From a virus (Duplodnaviria; Caudoviricetes), in IMG/VR virus record IMGVR_UViG_3300030104_001141, positions 1 through 58,751 of that record: a DNA stretch of 58,751 nt; one strand, written 5' to 3'. Numbering within the stretch: position 1 is the stretch's first letter; each line of letters starts with the position of its first letter. The position numbers were made by a program, and so were the translations under genes. Positions 54,720 through 58,751 of this stretch are shown one piece after another. Below the pieces are notes generated by a model that was not told the origin of the DNA, made no database searches, and was given only the letters and a program-made list of their open reading frames with translations.

Positions 54720-57157
54720 TCTTTATTATCTTCAAATAATGTTTCTACTATTTCTTTTCCTATCTTAACACCTTCTATTGTTTCTTTGCTACTTAATTTT
54801 GCATTTTCACTTGCAGCCTTAAATCCAATTTGTGCACCTGCAATTCTTTCTTGTGAAGATATTCTTTCTTTTTCTATCTCTTGAGAAGCTTTAGATTTTT
54901 CTAAGTCTGCTGCAATTTTTTGTGCATCTGTTTGCATTTTGCTTTGTACTTGTTGTTGTCTAATTTGTAATTCTTTTTCTCTTTGTTGTATTACAGGGTC
55001 TTCAAGTTTTTCTTGTATTTCTTCTTGTCGTTTTTCAGATTGACTATCTGCTAATACTCTTTCAGCAGCTTCAGATACAAGTTGTGATAATTGTAATTCA
55101 ACATCTTCTGGTAAAGGTTCATCAGGTGGTGGTAAAGGTGCACCCATTTGTTTTTCAATTTCTTTTCTATATTGAAATGCAATATGTTCTGTAACATGCT
55201 CTGTAAATGCACCAATAATAGATGAAGCATTTGGACTTTGACCAATAAGCTCTCTAATTTTAGGGTCTTGCATTGCAGTCATATGTACTTTGATATGTGC
55301 TTCATGGTCTTGATACATAAATGCTTTAGTAGGCTTACCATTCATCATGTTCATATTTTCTGATACAGGGTCTGTTGGCTCTATTTCTGTTTCTAATGGA
55401 ACTATTTTATCTGCATCTCTTATACCTAATACATCAAGCATCTGTCTATGTAACTCTTGCATGTTATACATTTGCGGTGCTTGTTGTGATAACTGTAGTG
55501 CTGCTTGATACTGCATTATTCTTTGTGCTTTAGTAGCAGCATTAGGGTCAGATACAGGTACTATATCTACTCTATTATTAAAATCTTCTGATACAAGTTC
55601 TTTGCCTTTAATATCATATGGGTATTCTGTTGGTCCATGGTCAAATATTATTCTTGATAATATCTTAAGTTCTTGTTTTAAAGAATTATGTATTCTTGAT
55701 TGTACTGAACCAATTACTTTTAATGACCTTTCTAAAAGTGCCAAAGTGGTACCAACAGGAGCCTGATTATTCATGTCAGACACTTTCATATCTGCTAATG
55801 AAGCAAACCTTCTTCCTTCATCGACTAAGTTTTGTAAGAGGGAATACAAAGTTCCTGAAGGTTCCTTATAGGGAAGGAAGGTTATGTTGTCTTTGATGGC
55901 ACCACCGGGCACATCTACATCTCTAAACTCACCGGGCATGATGGGGGTATCATCGCCTTTGATTCTTAATCCTCTGGATTTTAAACCACCCGGTAAATTA
56001 CTGAGAGTTCCTGCATCAACCAACTGTCTTAATAAGCTTGTAGCTGATTTAGCTATACCACCTATAAGATGTATTAAACCAAAACCATAAAATCCCATTC
56101 CGGGTAGGTATTGATAATGAACAAAGTGTTCCCTTCGTTTCTTTTGTGGGTCATCTTCTATAAAATTTCTACGAATAGAAAGAATAGTACCCGATTGATA
56201 ATCTAGTGTTACAACATAAGGTAATGCTATACCTGTTACTTCTCCATCTTTTCTATCTTCAAAACCTTCTAAATCAAGGTCTACATGCATTTCTAATACA
56301 GTATGTCTTTGGTCATACTCATATGAGGATGAATCACCTGTTAACTCATCATACTTATTCTGTATATTAGAATAATCTGCTGATGGTGTTTGCAATTCAA
56401 CATCTTTATAAAATCCTATTACTTGTAGTTTGCGAATATCATTCGTGCTTTTTTTCATTACATGAGTTGCTCTATCGCAAGTAGTAAGGTCTGAAGCACC
56501 ATAACTAACAACAAAATCTTCTGCTGGTACAAACATACTAGCAGGTCTATTTAATGCTGGGTCATAATATATTTTACGAAATGCAGAACCTGCTAATGGT
56601 AAATTAAACAACATCTTTTCAGTTTCTGTTCTATATTCACTCATCTTTTCAGTTAAAAGATAATTCAAATAATCTTTAACTCTTTCAGATTGTTCTTGTT
56701 TTTCTGTATTGAGTTCTCCTACTATCTTAGTATCTACTGGTCCTTTAGCTGGAAATAGTTCTGTAATAGCTTCTGCTTGGAATCTAACAACTGATTCAGT
56801 TAACAAAGGATGAAATACACCACAAGCACCATTCCAAGGCATTGTGCGTTCTTCAATCTTTAAACCTAACTGGTCTAAACCTTTTGTATAGGTTTGTTCC
56901 CAATCACTACGAGATTCTCTATCTGAAGTGTAATAACCTATTAATTCATTTGATAGAGATTCCAAAGTATTATCATTCATATACTCTGCAATATTGTCAT
57001 TGAAGTCTTCTGAACCAAATTCAGCACCTTCTTCAAAATCTATAATCATTCCACCTTCTTCAGTCATTACAGATACTTCATCAGGATTAGTAATTAATAC
57101 TTCTAATGGCGAATCTTTAACAATTTTTTCTGGTGTTTGTAATGGTTTCTCTGCCAT
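54716..57157 (-). CDS. Portal protein (P22-like)
   Basis: 813 aa after terL; HPLLTESVVRFQA; LPLAGSAFRKIYYD; GFYGFGLIHLIGG; long C-terminal coiled coil. Confidence 0.88.
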   Translation of the reverse strand: MAEKPLQTPEKIVKDSPLEVLITNPDEVSVMTEEGGMIIDFEEGAEFGSEDFNDNIAEYMNDNTLESLSNELIGYYTSDRESRSDWEQTYTKGLDQLGLKIEERTMPWNGACGVFHPLLTESVVRFQAEAITELFPAKGPVDTKIVGELNTEKQEQSERVKDYLNYLLTEKMSEYRTETEKMLFNLPLAGSAFRKIYYDPALNRPASMFVPAEDFVVSYGASDLTTCDRATHVMKKSTNDIRKLQVIGFYKDVELQTPSADYSNIQNKYDELTGDSSSYEYDQRHTVLEMHVDLDLEGFEDRKDGEVTGIALPYVVTLDYQSGTILSIRRNFIEDDPQKKRREHFVHYQYLPGMGFYGFGLIHLIGGIAKSATSLLRQLVDAGTLSNLPGGLKSRGLRIKGDDTPIMPGEFRDVDVPGGAIKDNITFLPYKEPSGTLYSLLQNLVDEGRRFASLADMKVSDMNNQAPVGTTLALLERSLKVIGSVQSRIHNSLKQELKILSRIIFDHGPTEYPYDIKGKELVSEDFNNRVDIVPVSDPNAATKAQRIMQYQAALQLSQQAPQMYNMQELHRQMLDVLGIRDADKIVPLETEIEPTDPVSENMNMMNGKPTKAFMYQDHEAHIKVHMTAMQDPKIRELIGQSPNASSIIGAFTEHVTEHIAFQYRKEIEKQMGAPLPPPDEPLPEDVELQLSQLVSEAAERVLADSQSEKRQEEIQEKLEDPVIQQREKELQIRQQQVQSKMQTDAQKIAADLEKSKASQEIEKERISSQERIAGAQIGFKAASENAKLSSKETIEGVKIGKEIVETLFEDNKE

Positions 57158-57165
57158 TTAATCTC

Positions 57166-58653
57166 CTAATAGTAGTTAGCTTCTCTTGGTGGTAAATCTT
57201 CATCTTCTTCGTCTGAATTTAAAGGTATAAACCCACCCTGTCTAAATCTTAATAATGCTTGTGTAGAAGAATCTACTAAGTCGTCATGTTCACCTGCTGG
57301 AAAAGCTGCAAATTCTTCTATTACTTCTTCAGCAAATCTTCTATCAGGTGCCCAAACAATTCCAGATGCAAATAAGTCTGCAACAGCATTTACTCTTGCT
57401 ATCTTATCATTACCTCTGCTTGGTGTATATTCTGATACTGGTATACCCATTTGCCTTAATTCAAATATCAAAGGCAAACCTGCTGCTTTTGCTTCAACAA
57501 TAAATGCTTCAGGTTGCCAATCATTATACATTTCAAAAGCTTTCTTTTTTAAATCAGGAAATTCTAATCTTTCTTTGTAAGCATCTAGCAATATAACTTG
57601 TGGTTGTGTAATACCATCATCATCCGGTTTATAAAAAACACCCCATGTGGTACACGCAGAGTAGTCAGAACGCTGTGTTTTTAAAAATGCTGTGTCCCAT
57701 GACTGTATAACAAAATCGCACTCAGGAGGGTTCTCATGTTCCCATTCATTCCACCATTCTCTTTTGATTATGGCAGCACCTTCTGATGTAGGGTCTTGCT
57801 GATATTGAGCAGACCATTTTGCTACAGGTAACTCAGCTCTTAATTTTTCTAATTCTTTTATGTCCCAAAATTCTTGCCACAAGCTTTTACCTGAAGGCAG
57901 TATTGCTGGAAACTCTATAACTTTCCATTCATCAGAACCTTCTCTTTGTGTAGAAGATTTTAAAATCTGTCCAGTTAGGTCTCGTTTATGCCATCTTGTC
58001 ATTACGATTATGATTGCACCACCGGGTTGCAGACGCTGACGAGGACCAGAAGTATAGTATTCGTAAACTTTATCAAATACAGAAGGGTCTCCACTTTGAC
58101 CTTCTTGTTCTGAATGGGGGTCATCTATGATAAGCAAGTCAGCACCTTTACCGGTTACTGCACCTCCTATACCAATCGCAAAGTAATCACCACCCTTATT
58201 TGTATTCCAACGACCAGCAGCTTTACTGTCTGATTGTAAACCTACATTTGGAAATACTCTTTTGTAATCTTCGGAACCAACAAGGTTTCTAACTTTCCTA
58301 CCAAACCCTACAGCCAATTCTGCGGTATGGGCAACTTGAATTATTTTTTTTTCAGGAAAGCAACCTAAAAACCATGCAGGTAATAAATAAGATGCAAACT
58401 CAGACTTAGTATGTCTAGGTGGCATATTAATTATTAATCTTTTTAATTTACCATTTTTAACATCATCAAAGGCATCAGCCATAATCTTATGGTGATAACC
58501 TTCAATAAAAGCAGCCCACATTTCTTTTGCAAAAAATAAAAAATGTTCTGCTGATTGTTCTTGGCTTTTTGTTTTCTGGTAATCATCTAATAAATCCAGC
58601 AAAACTTTTTGTTGTTCTTCAGGCAACTTAGATAATTTTTCTAAATCAATCAA
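57166..58653 (-). CDS. terL: Terminase large subunit
   Basis: INMPPRHTKS; LLIIDDPH; VMTRWH; YQQDP; SWDTA; HDDLVDS. Confidence 0.95.
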   Translation of the reverse strand: MIDLEKLSKLPEEQQKVLLDLLDDYQKTKSQEQSAEHFLFFAKEMWAAFIEGYHHKIMADAFDDVKNGKLKRLIINMPPRHTKSEFASYLLPAWFLGCFPEKKIIQVAHTAELAVGFGRKVRNLVGSEDYKRVFPNVGLQSDSKAAGRWNTNKGGDYFAIGIGGAVTGKGADLLIIDDPHSEQEGQSGDPSVFDKVYEYYTSGPRQRLQPGGAIIIVMTRWHKRDLTGQILKSSTQREGSDEWKVIEFPAILPSGKSLWQEFWDIKELEKLRAELPVAKWSAQYQQDPTSEGAAIIKREWWNEWEHENPPECDFVIQSWDTAFLKTQRSDYSACTTWGVFYKPDDDGITQPQVILLDAYKERLEFPDLKKKAFEMYNDWQPEAFIVEAKAAGLPLIFELRQMGIPVSEYTPSRGNDKIARVNAVADLFASGIVWAPDRRFAEEVIEEFAAFPAGEHDDLVDSSTQALLRFRQGGFIPLNSDEEDEDLPPREANYY

Positions 58654-58751
58654 GATGTGGTACTCCTAAAAAGAACAAAGTCAAATGGAGTGGAAACTTT
58701 GTTGGAGTTGTAAAGATAAGATTAAGAGCACCACAAAACCTTTCTAGTTTA

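Noticed and set aside
1-58751. tRNA, tmRNA or rRNA genes
   Set aside because: No cloverleaf with a T-loop and acceptor stem recognised by eye; the GGTTCGA at about 1518-1524 belongs to an ncRNA hairpin. tRNAscan-SE or ARAGORN would confirm.

Overview
This window is an apparently complete, circularly assembled, AT-rich tailed-phage genome of 58,577 bp. Positions 1-174 repeat at 58578-58751 with 4 mismatches. The + strand arm (about 1.4-17.7 kb) carries small early ORFs, a MoxR-AAA/DUF3150-like/vWA-metallopeptidase trio, an ADP-ribosyltransferase-fold protein and recombination genes, with an inverted primase-helicase block. The - strand arm (17.8-58.6 kb) is podovirus-like: TerL, portal, GroES, scaffold, MCP, tail, lysis, internal virion proteins and a 2804-aa polyvalent protein. 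It also holds an accessory CsgF-CsgG-curlin-like-FecR-CHASE2/adenylate cyclase cassette. I recognised no DNA polymerase, integrase, tRNA or CRISPR array. The most striking signal is an RNA-level system at the start of the early operon: a promoter, then a ~440-nt GC-rich structured non-coding region, then genes separated by four hammerhead ribozymes (2178-2242, 2598-2662, 3417-3471, 4489-4549). An orphan GUC hammerhead target site at 1858-1868 and two covarying pseudoknots accompany them. Predicted cleavage releases gene-sized RNAs, two of which have ends that could re-form the ribozyme and circularise. The genome also carries two palindrome families: a dispersed 16-bp TATTAAY-NN-RTTAATA (at least 11 sites) and clustered CTAGT-N5-ACTAG arrays. 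All protein calls come from motif recognition and gene context, not database searches.
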